A stretch of DNA of 42,256 bases from Perkinsus chesapeaki ATCC PRA-425. Lineage: Eukaryota; Protista; Perkinsozoa. Under the pieces are notes generated by a model. That model was given only the letters and a program-made list of their open reading frames with translations, was not told the origin of the DNA and searched no databases. Positions 23,450 through 35,221 of this stretch are shown here, in pieces (position 1 is the stretch's first letter; each line of letters starts with the position of its first letter). Location: the NCBI GenBank assembly GCA_013115145.1, contig JAAPAO010000290.1:1-42256 (forward strand), in the 5' to 3' direction. Made by a program: the position numbers and the translations under genes.

Positions 23450-24809
23450 CAGGGCCGGTATGCGGATCCTGATCCACGCGTGATCCTGAGAAAAAGATCA
23501 CGAAAAAAGATCAACGCAATGATTTTCTGGCGTGAACCTGATCTTTTAGCTCAGATCAATAGATTGAGGATCACGTAGCAGGATCATAGATCATTCGGAT
23601 GATCTGTGGTTCATGAAACCCACGATCCTGTCAGTTTGGAGTCAGGATCGTGAATCGTGGATCAATGACATACAACTGACGGATAATTGTTACCGCACAA
23701 ATTGCATGAATCACTCCATCGAAGCGATGCCGAGCCGCTCCCTAGTAGTCCCTAATGGTAGCCTACAGCTACAGCAGCTGTATGAAGCTAGTGCTAGTAT
23801 TAGTACTATATACTATAAACTGATTGTGTCGTTGTGTGGCACAGCTTGTCTCTCAAATTGAGACTCTCAATTCTTTATCACCCCAATCATCGCCGATGAC
23901 TCATCGGAGTGCAGTGGTAATTTCGTAATTAGTGAAGGTCTATTGCTAATCATTATTATCACCATCATTTAATCACTCATTGTAAATGCTAATTGTAGTC
24001 TACTTAGTAGCTTCTCCTATCATGCAGCTAATAGTATTACCCTGATACCACCTAAGCGGCTTAGGCTAAACCTTCGCTAAAGACTATGCGGGCTAGAAAC
24101 TTCGCCATTGGACAATTTCCACCAAATTTGATACATACCACTAACTTAGTGACACTAAATATTGCTCCAGACGAATAGAGAGTTGATTTTTTGAGTGGAC
24201 TTTATGGGCAAATGGATGGTATCCTGGAACACGGTTCGTACGACCCTGGTTCGATTCCCGCCAGGTCTATCATGTTGGTACCTACCGCAGGCAACTCGCG
24301 ACTCGGATCAGGATCACGGATCACTAACAATGTAACGGTGCATAAGGGCCCCGTTACGGGATCACCGTGGATTAGCACGTAAAGTGCCACTGATCCGCTA
24401 AGGGATCCTTGAGATGGATCAGGAGCTTGATCCGATGGTTGATCTGGATCCGAGGATGATCTGCCAAGGCAAAATGGATCACGGATCAACGAAATTTCTC
24501 AAAGCCCTTGGGAATTTCTCAGCCCCTTGATCCATGGATCACGGATCAAGTTTTTTCTCAAGGATCACGGCTCAGGATCAAAAACAAGGATCGCAGGAGA
24601 TCCAGATCACAGGTCAGAGATCAGTACCAAAGTTCAGAATTCGAGATCAAAAGTGAAGGATCAGGATCAAAGATCACGGATCAAGATCAACGATCATGGA
24701 TCTGGCTCAAGCATTTCGGATCACGATTGATTTGTCTCAGACAAGAAGATCACTGAGTGATCCGGATCATCGGATTGAACCATGGATCAGGATCCGCATA
24801 CCGGCCCAG
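23450..24809. mobile_element. Non-autonomous DNA transposon (MITE-like), hAT-like termini
   Basis: Perfect 25-bp TIR GGGCCGGTATGCGGATCCTGATCCA at 23452-23476 with its reverse complement at 24783-24807. GATC-dense subterminal regions, no transposase ORF and no clean TSD. Confidence 0.8.
24197..24269 (+). pseudogene. Degenerate tRNA-like sequence (73 nt)
   Basis: A-box-like TGGGCAAATGG and B-box GGTTCGATTCCC at tRNA spacing. The acceptor-like ends GGACTTT/CAGGTCT pair at 6 of 7 positions; the T and anticodon stems are broken. Confidence 0.45.
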
Positions 24810-25216
24810 CATGTCACGCCAGTATATCATCACTGGCAACGCTTGGATGACAGTTGCTGGCCGGCTTGTGGTTAACCGTCACCAACTGGTTACTACTAAT
24901 TGCGACCATCAGACACCGTCATTGCGTCACTGGGATGTCAATCAAGCCCTCGTGTTGGAGACACAATGTCTCAAACATGGCATATTACTCACACAATGTG
25001 AGAAAACCTCGGGCTGATTCTCCCATCCCAGCGACAAGTCGTCAACACCCTCAAAACAAGGATACTAGTAACGGTTGCGAGGTTAGGGAGGTGACGTATA
25101 GGCCGCCTTATAATTATCACTGAACAATCTCTCCACTAATCCCTACAGTATTCACCAACACAATTCATCAACCATAAGATACGATGATCAAGCAGCATGC
25201 GCCAGTAAAATGAATG

Positions 25217-27052
25217 TCACTTCTTCTTTCCTTTCTTACCACCTTTCCCTTTCTTCCCTCCCTTCTTTTTCGCATCCAGCAGCTTCCTACGCTCAATGTA
25301 AAGCCTAAAAGTGCACCACCCGAGGTTCGAACGCGAATCACAGGCGCCACGAGCACTAACTACCTGCCCTGTTCCTGCAGGAACTCTACAGCACTCAACA
25401 TGGCCTCCTTATGAGCCGCTAGCTGCCTCGCTGCAAGTCTCATCTCAGTTGCCCTATCCTCCTTCAATTGAGCATCTGCCGCCTACCACCACCAAGCATC
25501 AGTCTCTCCCCTATCCCCGATACCGTACTTCCCTTTCCTTCCTATCTTGCAACACATCCAGCTCCTCCACCATCTCTCCTCGTTTCTCATGCAGCCCCTA
25601 CTCACGTCGCGCTTTCTCCCTGGCCTCCTACCCTGCCCCACCTGAATGGCCTCCTCCATCCTGCGCACCTCCTTTTCCGATAGCTCCTGCCACTTGTTCC
25701 TGTCCTCAGCCAGCTGCTCTACCTTCTCATTTAAGCTCTAAAACGCCCAAATGGACCTCCTCGCCTCCACCATAACTCACCAAAGCGTTCACTAACGACG
25801 CGTTCTTCTCCACCGCATGCTGCAGCTTAACCTTTTCTATTCCCCGTAAAAGTTCCCTCTCCCTTTCCTGGAACCTGTGCCGCCCACCTCCACCCTTTCA
25901 CCCCCTGCACTACTACCTAGTAATAGCCGCTCTCTCCCGTGCCTCCATCCGTCCCTGCTCGAACCTCAGTTCAACCTCAGCTACATTCCTGCTCTTGGCC
26001 AACTCCTCCTTCAACTTTCGTATGTCAGCATCAGCCTGCCTCATCTCCGCCTCCTGATTTTTGCACCTGACCCATCAACCCATGGCCAAATCCCCATTGC
26101 TTCAAATTCAAAGCAATCATAGTGACAAAAGTCCATCACTTCCACAACGGGCCAACGCCCAACCTTCCTACTCCTCCTGAAGCTCCCCTTCAAGTGTTTT
26201 AACCGCCTGCGAGACAGCTTGTTCTCTCGCCTTGACCTCATTCAGATAATTCTGCGCCCTGATAAAGCTGCCTGGCTCGACCCACGCTAGCCCCACTACT
26301 ACTTCTTCTCCTTAAGCACCTTCTGGCTGAGCTCAGTAAACGAAAACTCGTCCAGCTCCTTCCTCAAGTCACCAATCCAACCTTGAGCGAATCCACGCTC
26401 CTTCTGCATCTTAACCAAGTTGGCCTGTATGTCAGGATTCCCCTGTAGGTTCCTACCGAACACGGCTTCAAACGAAGCTGTTCAAAGTTGGAAGATAGAC
26501 GGCAGACCAGCACCGTGCCTTTCCTTACCGACAAAGATTCTTATTGCTCTCCCCCAACCTCGCCCCAATGTCCGTCAATAGGGCCTGCACCTCCTGCAGC
26601 CTGCTACGGTCAGCCAGACTGGTGAGTTGTTCTCGTAATGCCACCAATGCCTCATATCTCTGCAGAAAGAAGGCCACTACAAGGAGGTGGTTAAAATGCC
26701 AACACATTTCGGCAAAGGAAGGAGTTCACACGACAGGAGCGTGCTGAATGCCACCGCCCGAGAGAGCTAATTATTCCGCCTGGAGAAGATATTGAAAAGT
26801 TCAGCTCATTAATATGAGTACGCCGGCGTTCAGCCAATTACATCTTCCAGGTCCTTCTGTTCTCGAATGCTCCGTGATATCTCATCACCCATAAACTGGG
26901 TAAGTTCTTCTCGATGAGCTGATGCATTGGTCCCAAGGCAGTTGAGGAACTCGAACTTGCCCAAAGCCTCGTCCAATAGGACCTACAGTAGCAAAGCCTG
27001 GCCGCCAACTCCAGCAACGACCATAGAGATATGCTTTATAGGAAAGTGTCAT
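25217..27052 (-). CDS. DRC9: Dynein regulatory complex subunit 9 / IQCG-like coiled-coil protein, multi-exon (start uncertain)
   Basis: Spliced reading: VLLDEALGKFEFL...MGDEISRSIREQKDLED/RYEALVALR.../KMQKERGFAQGWIGDLRKEL.../LEGELQEECKNQEAEMRQADADIRKLKEEL.../FLQEQGR/LYIERRK...KKGKGGKKGKKK*. The layout and Lys/Gly tail match IQCG as I recall it; not searched. Confidence 0.7.
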
Positions 27053-27542
27053 CTGCGTATTATTGTTATTATATGGATAACACTGAGACTCTCCAAAGCG
27101 CGTAAAAATATACTCTTAAGCGAGGGTGACGCATTGTGGTCACAAGGTGGGGCGATAACCTATCCAGAATTCAATCGAAAGCAATATGTAAGATCCAATG
27201 TGGCAACGCTGGAATAGGTTCTAAATCTTATTCAACACTCCCATTGCTCCCGTACAACCCATTTAGTGAGACTAGGAAGGGCCATATCAGCTCAGCGTTC
27301 CCAACCACCTACTTGAACCTTGAAACTTTCCACAGGATTCAGTTTACCTAATACCACTCTTTCCTCAATAAATCATCTCCTCTACCCCCCTTACTCTGTT
27401 GATTCCCACTGCCCAACATGCCCGGTGGAATTGTTGTTGATGTTGCGCTGTAGTTTGTAAATCTCGCTACGCCCAGATGATCGATATCAACATAGCGTGC
27501 TGTCTCGAAGGCGATATCCTCCTCCAGTACTCACCAGTCGGT

Positions 27543-28089
27543 ATGGCCGAGTTCACCGTCCGAACCAGGAAGTTCATTACGAACCCTCTCCTTGGCCGCA
27601 AGCAATTCGTAATAATGGGGGTATAATGCACGCTTCAACCTTAGATTCGCGAGAGTATCTTACGGTTTTGGATTCAAAATGAGGTTGATTTGAAGCTACT
27701 GTTAAAATTTATTTCCCTCTAGGTGGTCGACGTTCTTCACCCCGGTGTTGGCAGCGTCTCCAAGAAGGACCTCGCTGAGAGCTTGGCCAAGATGTAATGC
27801 ATTTGCCTTCCTTTATCTTCTCCATTATCTCCTCAACAGGTACAAGGTCAAGGACGCCCGCGTTATCAGTCTCTTCGGTTTCAAGACCCAGTTCGGTGGC
27901 GGACGCTCCACTGGCTTCGGTCTCATCTACGACTCTGTCGAGAAGGCCCAGGCCTTCGAGCCCAAGCACAGACTGCGTCGTCACGGTCTTGCCTCCGAGT
28001 TCCTCGCCAAGCGTAGGTCTGGCAAGGAGTTGAAGAACAAGTGCAAGAAGGTCCGCGGTACCGCCAAGGCCAAGCTGCGTTCCAAATAA
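27543..28089 (+). CDS. RPS24: 40S ribosomal protein S24 (eS24), 3 exons
   Basis: [30 protein letters not shown]...LAKM/YKVKD...[21 protein letters not shown]...[12 protein letters not shown]. Confidence 0.97.
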
Positions 28090-28268
28090 GAAGCCACAAC
28101 AACAACAGCGCTATTGACTTAGCTGTCAAGAGTGTCGTCGTAGTGTTCTTCTTCAACTTGTGATGATACAGGCTATCCTGGACGGATGAGAGTACTACTG
28201 TAGGGCCACTGATGGACCCATGTTGTGTTGTAATTATTAAGGGTATATTTAATAGTAGATTATAGATA

Positions 28269-29301
28269 ATGTCATCAACTGAGGAAGAAGGTCCACCGCC
28301 TGATTCTGTACAAGAGGAGGAGGGGGCGGCTCCCACTGCAGTCGGAGAATCTGACGCACCTGTCGAATCCAAGAACCCCGAACAACCAGAAGAAAGTCAA
28401 CAACCCACCGACCAAACAAGTCGACATGGAAGCTTATTTTGTCGAGATATATATCTCTTAGATGTAGAAGAAACTGTCGAGCCGAATGCCAAGGAAGTCG
28501 TAGTGGAGGAGGAGGAGCAACCTGCCGCCGTTGATGACCACCAGAATGAAGCTGCTGCTGAAGTGATGGCTTCAAAACCAGCTGAAGAAGTTGGTCCACA
28601 GGCAACAGAAGGCAAAGCGCCGCCAGAGGCACCACCGACGGCAGAGGTACCGAAAGAGAGCGAAATAATGATTGTGATAAATCCATCAGGAACGGGAGGA
28701 CGAAAATAATCGAGAACTGATGCAAGAAAGCCTCGCTCGAGCGCGGCGGTGCGCAGCAGAGCTCCTTTCCACGGTGGGATCATATAACGCATCGATCATG
28801 AGGGTAGGCTGTCAGGTGCGGCTGCTCAGTGAGGAGCTACAAGGGATGACGGCATTGCCCGACCTAGAGCAGCATCTACAGAAGATACGCGATAACGCCG
28901 AGGAGATCGGGAAGCTGGTAGAGACAATCGACGGTCGTCAGTGGCGATACTTTGCACATAGGGGACATTGAAAGCAGACAAGGAGGAGGAAAAAGCAACA
29001 CTTGAACATGATACGTCACAGAACATCGAATCCAGACCCTCCACGGCCGAACGAACCGGTGAGGGAATGACTGTTCAAATAAAGCATGAACGCGTTGCAG
29101 ATGGCGGTGTTGCTGCACTGAAGGAAATTCAACAACTCAGGCAGCAGCTTCATCGGGGGGATGGACTGTAAGCTCTGGCCGCCAGCTCGATTACATTATG
29201 ACACTTCTAGCACGACAATAGAGGAGACCGAATGCGAGGTGGAAGAACTCAAACGAGTTCGTCGGCAAATACGGTATAGCTCAGCCCCGCCTGCCGACTA
29301 G
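28269..29301 (+). CDS. Hypothetical protein with acidic N-terminus and coiled-coil, multi-exon
   Basis: ORFs 28269-28709, 28720-28971 and 28968-29171 plus a last exon ...EVEELKRVRRQIRYSSAPPAD* are joinable by short GT-AG introns. Confidence 0.6.
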
Positions 29302-30025
29302 CAGGACATCCTAGGTATCTTTTCGGTGGAGTTCTCGCCTCCTTACCGACGGAAACGGCAGCCATCTCAGCGATGCAGTCTCAAGCCGTTGAATTGGTAT
29401 GGCGGGTGATGAATCTCTCTGAATATAATAGTTTTATTAGTACTACCCTCAGCAACAGGAGTCCCTACAGCACAATAGGAACATCAGCAGCAAGAACAGT
29501 AAGTGGATCGATGGTCTCAACAGAGGCAGAGACTAGTTAAATGGAGATACCTAAGTTGTCACATTGATCGATATAGGCTTGAGCCTATATCGGGGGCATT
29601 TCCTGGGGCGGAGATACAATGGAATGAAGTTGCATAGGGAACATTAGGCTACCTAAACAAGAGATATGAAATACATTACTAACAGGACAGAATGAAGAGA
29701 TGCGCTACTTCAGTAGGAATATACGAGATGAAGATGTACATTAAAATATTGGACATGCCCGCAATCTTGGAACGTCTCGATGACAGTGAATCACAAAAGA
29801 ACAGTGTTCCAAGAGGGAATGCATTCGAGTCTTCTTTTTACACTGGTAAAATGTTCTCTCATTATTAGAAGTTGTGATAATGAGAAAACATTTTCATTTT
29901 TCGTTTTGATTCAAAACCATCTCATTATCAACTATATTTCTCGTTATCAAAACTTCTATTGTGTCTCCGCAATAGAAACATGTTACTGGTGTATATCTGA
30001 ACTGATAGGTTACGGTGCTCAGAAG

Positions 30026-30904
30026 ATGAGAGTAGATGACGACGCTTCAACTTACTCCCTCAGCTCCTCAAATGCATCTATCTTCACTCCTCACAGCCCA
30101 GTAATAGACGCCGGTTCGATTCCCAGTGGCGACATCTCTTTACTCAGAATGATGGTCGACGAAAACATGACAAGCATCGAACGAAGCCCTCTGTGGAAAG
30201 GCAGAGAGACCCCAAGGATAGCTTCACCAGCGATGGCTTAGGTATCCTCCCACGGGAACGATCAGTAGCACTTGCTAATAATGACTGATTAATAGTGGAA
30301 GGGGGCCCAGGCTGTTGAGTGTGGGTGGATAAGGAGCCTGCCCACAATCCCCACGGATGGGTGTTTTCCATGGGGATCCCCTTGAAGGATGAATCTCAGC
30401 TTGCTGGTTGGGAACCGCAGAAACCCGATCATGACGAATTTCGTGTTCTTTCTTTTATGGAGTACTTGGCCTGGTTTTCCCGCGTTCATCAGTCCGCAAA
30501 CATCTATTTCCTACATACCGACTCACTACAAATATTAACATCAAGTGTACTTCCTAGACTCCGCTCCCATTAATCACAGACCCTTCCGTCGGGAGGCATT
30601 TTCATGGTCGTTATACATAACATAGGTTACGCTTTTCCCTGTCTTGTAGGTCGCAATCGATCCTTACATGATCGACACAGTGGCACAGGTAAACCGTCAT
30701 CACTACTATCATACCGACAATCTCTTCATCTCAGACAGCAGTCAAGATTGGGCACGTGAAATAGTAAAGTCAAGTCTACGGCCCCAAAATAAATGGGATT
30801 TCAGCAGCAGCAGTGCTGATGAAAGGAACTCCTCCGTTGCTTCCTCAGCAACTCGTAGGATCTCAATCTTCGCCACTTGCGCTATTCGATGGTTATTCAG
30901 GTAA
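30026..30904 (+). CDS. Hypothetical multi-exon protein
   Basis: MRVDDDAST...HSP/NDGRRKHDK.../WVDKEPAHNPHGW.../...RWLFR*, with plausible short introns; no family recognised. Confidence 0.4.
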
Positions 30905-31058
30905 TGGAATTCACCAACGTTCATGAAGTAAGGTGGCCGTCTTCACCATCAACAACAACAATAACTATTTGTATTACCATGTACATCAGTTGTTTACTAT
31001 TGATTCCCGTCGCCGCCGCCGTTGAATTGAAAGACAGTATTGAGTTACTAGTAAATCA

Positions 31059-31098
31059 ATGAATCGGTAATGACTTGTTCAAGTCATTACCGATTCAT
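31059..31098. repeat. Perfect palindrome with 19-bp arms and 2-nt spacer
   Basis: ATGAATCGGTAATGACTTG-tt-CAAGTCATTACCGATTCAT. Confidence 0.95.
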
Positions 31099-31635
31099 CG
31101 ATGTTCCTCAGTTACTCCCAGTGGCGCAGTGTTCGTTTGCTTCATCTCCTTCTCCGCCGCACTATGGCTTGTGTAGTCTCTCCAATTAACTATTACAACT
31201 CAAGTGGTTGTTGTTATATTGTAGAAAGTAGGCAATGGGCGAGGATGATAAAATAGGGAATGCTACTATCACCACAACAACAACAGCCCTTCGCTATTAT
31301 CATCGTCATCCAACAGAAACGATCCTCTATTATTATTACACCTTACTGTGAAGTGCCTCCCATTGCCTAAAAATGAATAACAGTTGTAAGTATGTAGATA
31401 TTATTAATAGGATAACAATGCAGGGCATAGAAGCGCCACTGCAGCGGCTGTTACGGCTGCTGCTGCTCTGGCATTATGGAATATAACGTCGTCGATCGCG
31501 ATTAGTACTCTATTAAGTCCCTTACTCTATTTAATAGTAGTGAGTAAATAATATCACCAAGCAGATCGATACTCCATAATTCTATCGATAATACGATAAC
31601 GTGAATTATAATATATCGACCAAACTCACGGTACT

Positions 31636-32913
31636 TTATACTGACCACTTTGCTGCTTTGGAATATGTCACATTCACATACCACTTTACTAGCGACAACC
31701 TTCTAGTAACATTAAAGTAGCTCCAGTGAGACTTCACCACACTATCCATTTCGCAGATAAGCCCAGGGAGCAGTTTAAAACTTACTTGATCCATCAACTT
31801 GGTCATAGTCTCCTGCATCTTTATATTGATATTAGCGAACTGCTGGCTAACTGAGAGCTGCGCGTGATTCAGCATAACAGCATTCTCAATATCATCAGAC
31901 GATACAGAGAACCTGGACACATTTTCATACCGCTCTTTCGGCAACTAACCTACTTGTTCTCCACAGCACTGCCTACGATAGCCTGGGCGGCAATAGTAAC
32001 CGTCTTCATGTCGAAATTGGCACGAACCTATCACAACATTGAACCAACCTCCATGATGGGCAGTACCGATTCGGGCATCGCTGAGAACTCCTTAACAATG
32101 CGGTCCAACCGCTGCAGCATGAATTCGTGAATGGAGATGATTTGCTTCACCGACAACTGCGTAGTCGGTTGAGCACCGCCCTCGGGGATCTTTCCCCCCA
32201 TTATCTCAACAATGCATTCGCGAATCTCTAAAACCCGGAAAGTAACAACATACTCTCGCCTGGTCACTTACGTGGATCATTTTGCTCCCTGTCGAGTAGT
32301 TGGTCGAATTCCATCATGCTCAAGCCGTACCTGCCATGAGCTGGTCAAGCACCGCAACCACTCCTTATTAGATTACGTCTCCAGAGGGTCCTTAGGCTGG
32401 ACTGCTTGAACCTTTTTGTAGACATTCTGGAACTCGAGGGCCTCGGTATCGCCCTTCGACTGAGCTGCTGCCAAATCGCGCGTCAATACCTGCGAACCAG
32501 TGATCGCCTGTGATGAACCAAAGCCGAAGCACCTTCATGGTTTGCTTCATCTCATCCTGGGACGCCAATATCGCCTTCATTATTTCTAGGACTTGTGTCT
32601 TGGATATCTGACTTTTCAAATGCCCATAAAACCGCCGTTGCTAAGATGGCCTGACCTTGTCGATGTCGACCTTGCCTCCTTGTTGCTGCTTCTTATCGGC
32701 AGCCTTGCTGCCAGCGGTGGCTGTCGAGTCGTCCTCTCTGAAGAGGTAGTAAAGCCCAACACCAGCAACGGCTGCCACACCAGCACCGATGAGCACCTGT
32801 AAGAAGGACGAGCTAGATGTTAACGTTGTTCTATACCGGATACCAACGACGGCTTTAAGCAGTGGTGTTTCTTCCGCTAAATAGAGTAGCCATACGAACG
32901 TTAAAAAGAGCAT
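31636..32913 (-). CDS. Hypothetical protein with an N-terminal membrane anchor, multi-exon (ends approximate)
   Basis: VLIGAGVAAVAGVGLYYLFR, then helical exons (QVLEIMKAILASQDEMKQTMK; IISIHEFMLQRLDRIVKEF; FSVSSDDIENAVMLNHAQLS). Confidence 0.65.
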
Positions 32914-33447
32914 TTTGCAGAGAGTCGGTTGAGCTAGATAACAGCAACGGAAATTAACAAATGCACGCTCAACCTAAGATACCTCTCATATACGTTATAA
33001 CAATTAATTGGCGCGTGAAACTAGCAACATAAATCATTAACGTATGCTACCTTAGTTAAGGTGGAGAGTGAGTTCGATGATGAGTCGGACATCAATAAGG
33101 TATTCAATTGCTTCAACAAATCCTATAACAAACACTGCGACATTACAAATCGATCATCAGGGCGCGCGCCAAGCCCAAAATCCAAACGCGCACGCCCGGC
33201 ATGAGGCACCCACCAACCGGTGGTTATGGTGAAGTTGCTAGTAAGGCTAATAGGTGGTAAGCTAATGAGGGATTTTGGATGCATGCTGGGCGAGGAAGGC
33301 GCTGAAGCGATCCTCCTACGATGATGTTGGCCGAGTTAGGCTTTGTCAGCATTGGGCTTGACACGCTGGTACTGCTAAGCAACGCAACAACTAGTATCAG
33401 GGGAGGAGTAACGTTAGTTGTAGTGGACGACGACGACGCTGGTGGAG

Positions 33448-35221
33448 TTATTTCTTTTTTTTGGAAGCAATGATGGATTTGTTAAGTGGGACCTAAAAGA
33501 ATCTTTAAAGATACTTTCAAGCTCAGATCTGGGCCTACCGCGGATATGCTTTCGGGCATCCTTTCGACTGCATACTTACCACGTTGAACTCGAATGATCG
33601 GTACACCAGGTATCTTTCATAGTGCGCTTTATTCAACCTACTTGCTCCGATACCTGCTCACCTTTCTAAGTCGACGTCGAAGATCTCGATCGTTCGTGGC
33701 GACAATGTAGCATCGATGCTGTTCAACTCGGCGGACCAGGCAGTCGTCCGCGTACGTGCCGGAGTGGTCACAAGTGAGCCGGGTGAACCGAGGGTCCTTC
33801 GCCAGACGCAAGGCCAATCTGGAGAGGAGGCGATACTGAGGCGTCACGGCGTCACAAACCTTACCGATAACGATGACCGAGCTTCTCCATTTCCGCTATA
33901 ACACAGTCGGTCACGCAGGGCACCGCTTTGGCCAGAAGACAATCCATAAGCGCCTGCATTGGGTCCAGCTTGTTTTGTATGGAGAAGTTGAAGAAGTTAG
34001 TATCGACCAACACCTGAGGGACAATAACATTTACAGTGTCATACGAACTTGTAGGCATATCGCGGGGTAAATTATGAAACAACAAGTCCACTGGAGCTAA
34101 CAGCGATGGGCAAGCTCGCCGAAAATTACTGCAACTCGGACAGCATCACGACACGGACACAGCTTCCCTCATTGCTCATCATCCACATCGGGTGGGTCTA
34201 ATTACAGAGGTACACCGAGTGGTCTTTCTAGGAGGAATGCAGCTTCATGTTCCTTTCTGGGCTAGGACATCTCTTCCATCAAAGCTTCTATTATATCTCG
34301 GGGGTAGGAACAATTTTCGATCCTCGAACAACCCATTTTCATGAGACTACTACACGAACGCTGCCTATTGAAGGTACCAACTAGCAGTCCGAGGCTGCAT
34401 CCTGTATATAACCTCAGTAAAATGCTCACATAAGGCCTAGTTTATTACTGCCAGTAACAGTAGTGCAAAAAAACGAATCATACACAAAACCCGATTCGCG
34501 AAGTCCTCGCGTCAACCTTAGATTCCTACCTGATAAGGAGGTTTAAGATTGTTATTTGCCTGGAAGAACATCGCCGATGATTTCTTAGGCCTGCCAATGC
34601 CAAGCTGCTGTTGATCACACGAACTCAATGCCAGCAGCAGCAGCCTACATCTCTTTAACCTTCTTTTCTTTCAGTTTCGCTTGCTTCTCCATTCCCACAG
34701 TTTTCTTCCTAAAACACCAACCGGTGAAATCGAACCACACACTCTCAATCACGAACCGTACGGGGGCGGCGCGCGCGACCGGACCTACGAGGGGCAGGGC
34801 CAGCGGCACTCAAGAGTGGTCCATCGCTTGCGCCTCCCACACCCTCAATCACGAGACGTGCCCCTCAAGGATCATAGTTATCACAAAAAATAATCAATCA
34901 GCCCCTGTTCTCTATTATGGAATCCACGAAAAAGATCCTCCTGTGTATGTCGAAGTTCTGGAAGTTACCTCCTTCTGCCCACAAAGTTATCGAGATGGTG
35001 TGGTTGAAAATGCATCGGACCCGTTCTATAAGTACTTCGACGACCCCGTCAACTCAGGAAGGCCGACACCCATTTCACTTTGTTGCAGATTGGACATTGT
35101 GGTGGAACTCTCGGGCGCGATTCTCTCGAGAAAATGCTCCTCCTTACACCAATCGAGTGTCCTTTGGATTTATCATCTTCTTCGCCACTGAAACCTTACG
35201 TGTCTTCTTAGCCTTGCCCAT
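33448..35221 (-). CDS. FCF1: rRNA-processing PIN-domain nuclease FCF1/Utp24, multi-exon
   Basis: MGKAKKTRKVSVAKKMINPKDTRL/.../PKKSSAMFFQANNNLKPPYQ/VLVDTNFFNFSIQNKLD...CVTDCVIAEMEKLGHRYR/LALRLAKDPRF...GTYADDCLV...YIVATNDRDLRRRLRK/IPGVPI. Confidence 0.93.

Noticed and set aside
24700-24711. Partial spliced-leader-like ATCTGGCTCAAG
   Set aside because: Short gapped match inside a GATC-rich repeat, not followed by a GT donor or SL RNA structure.
25217-26900. LINE/RTE remnant suggested by EQLAEDRNKWQEL
   Set aside because: The segments splice through GT-AG introns into a coherent DRC9-like coiled-coil protein, and there are no RT motifs.
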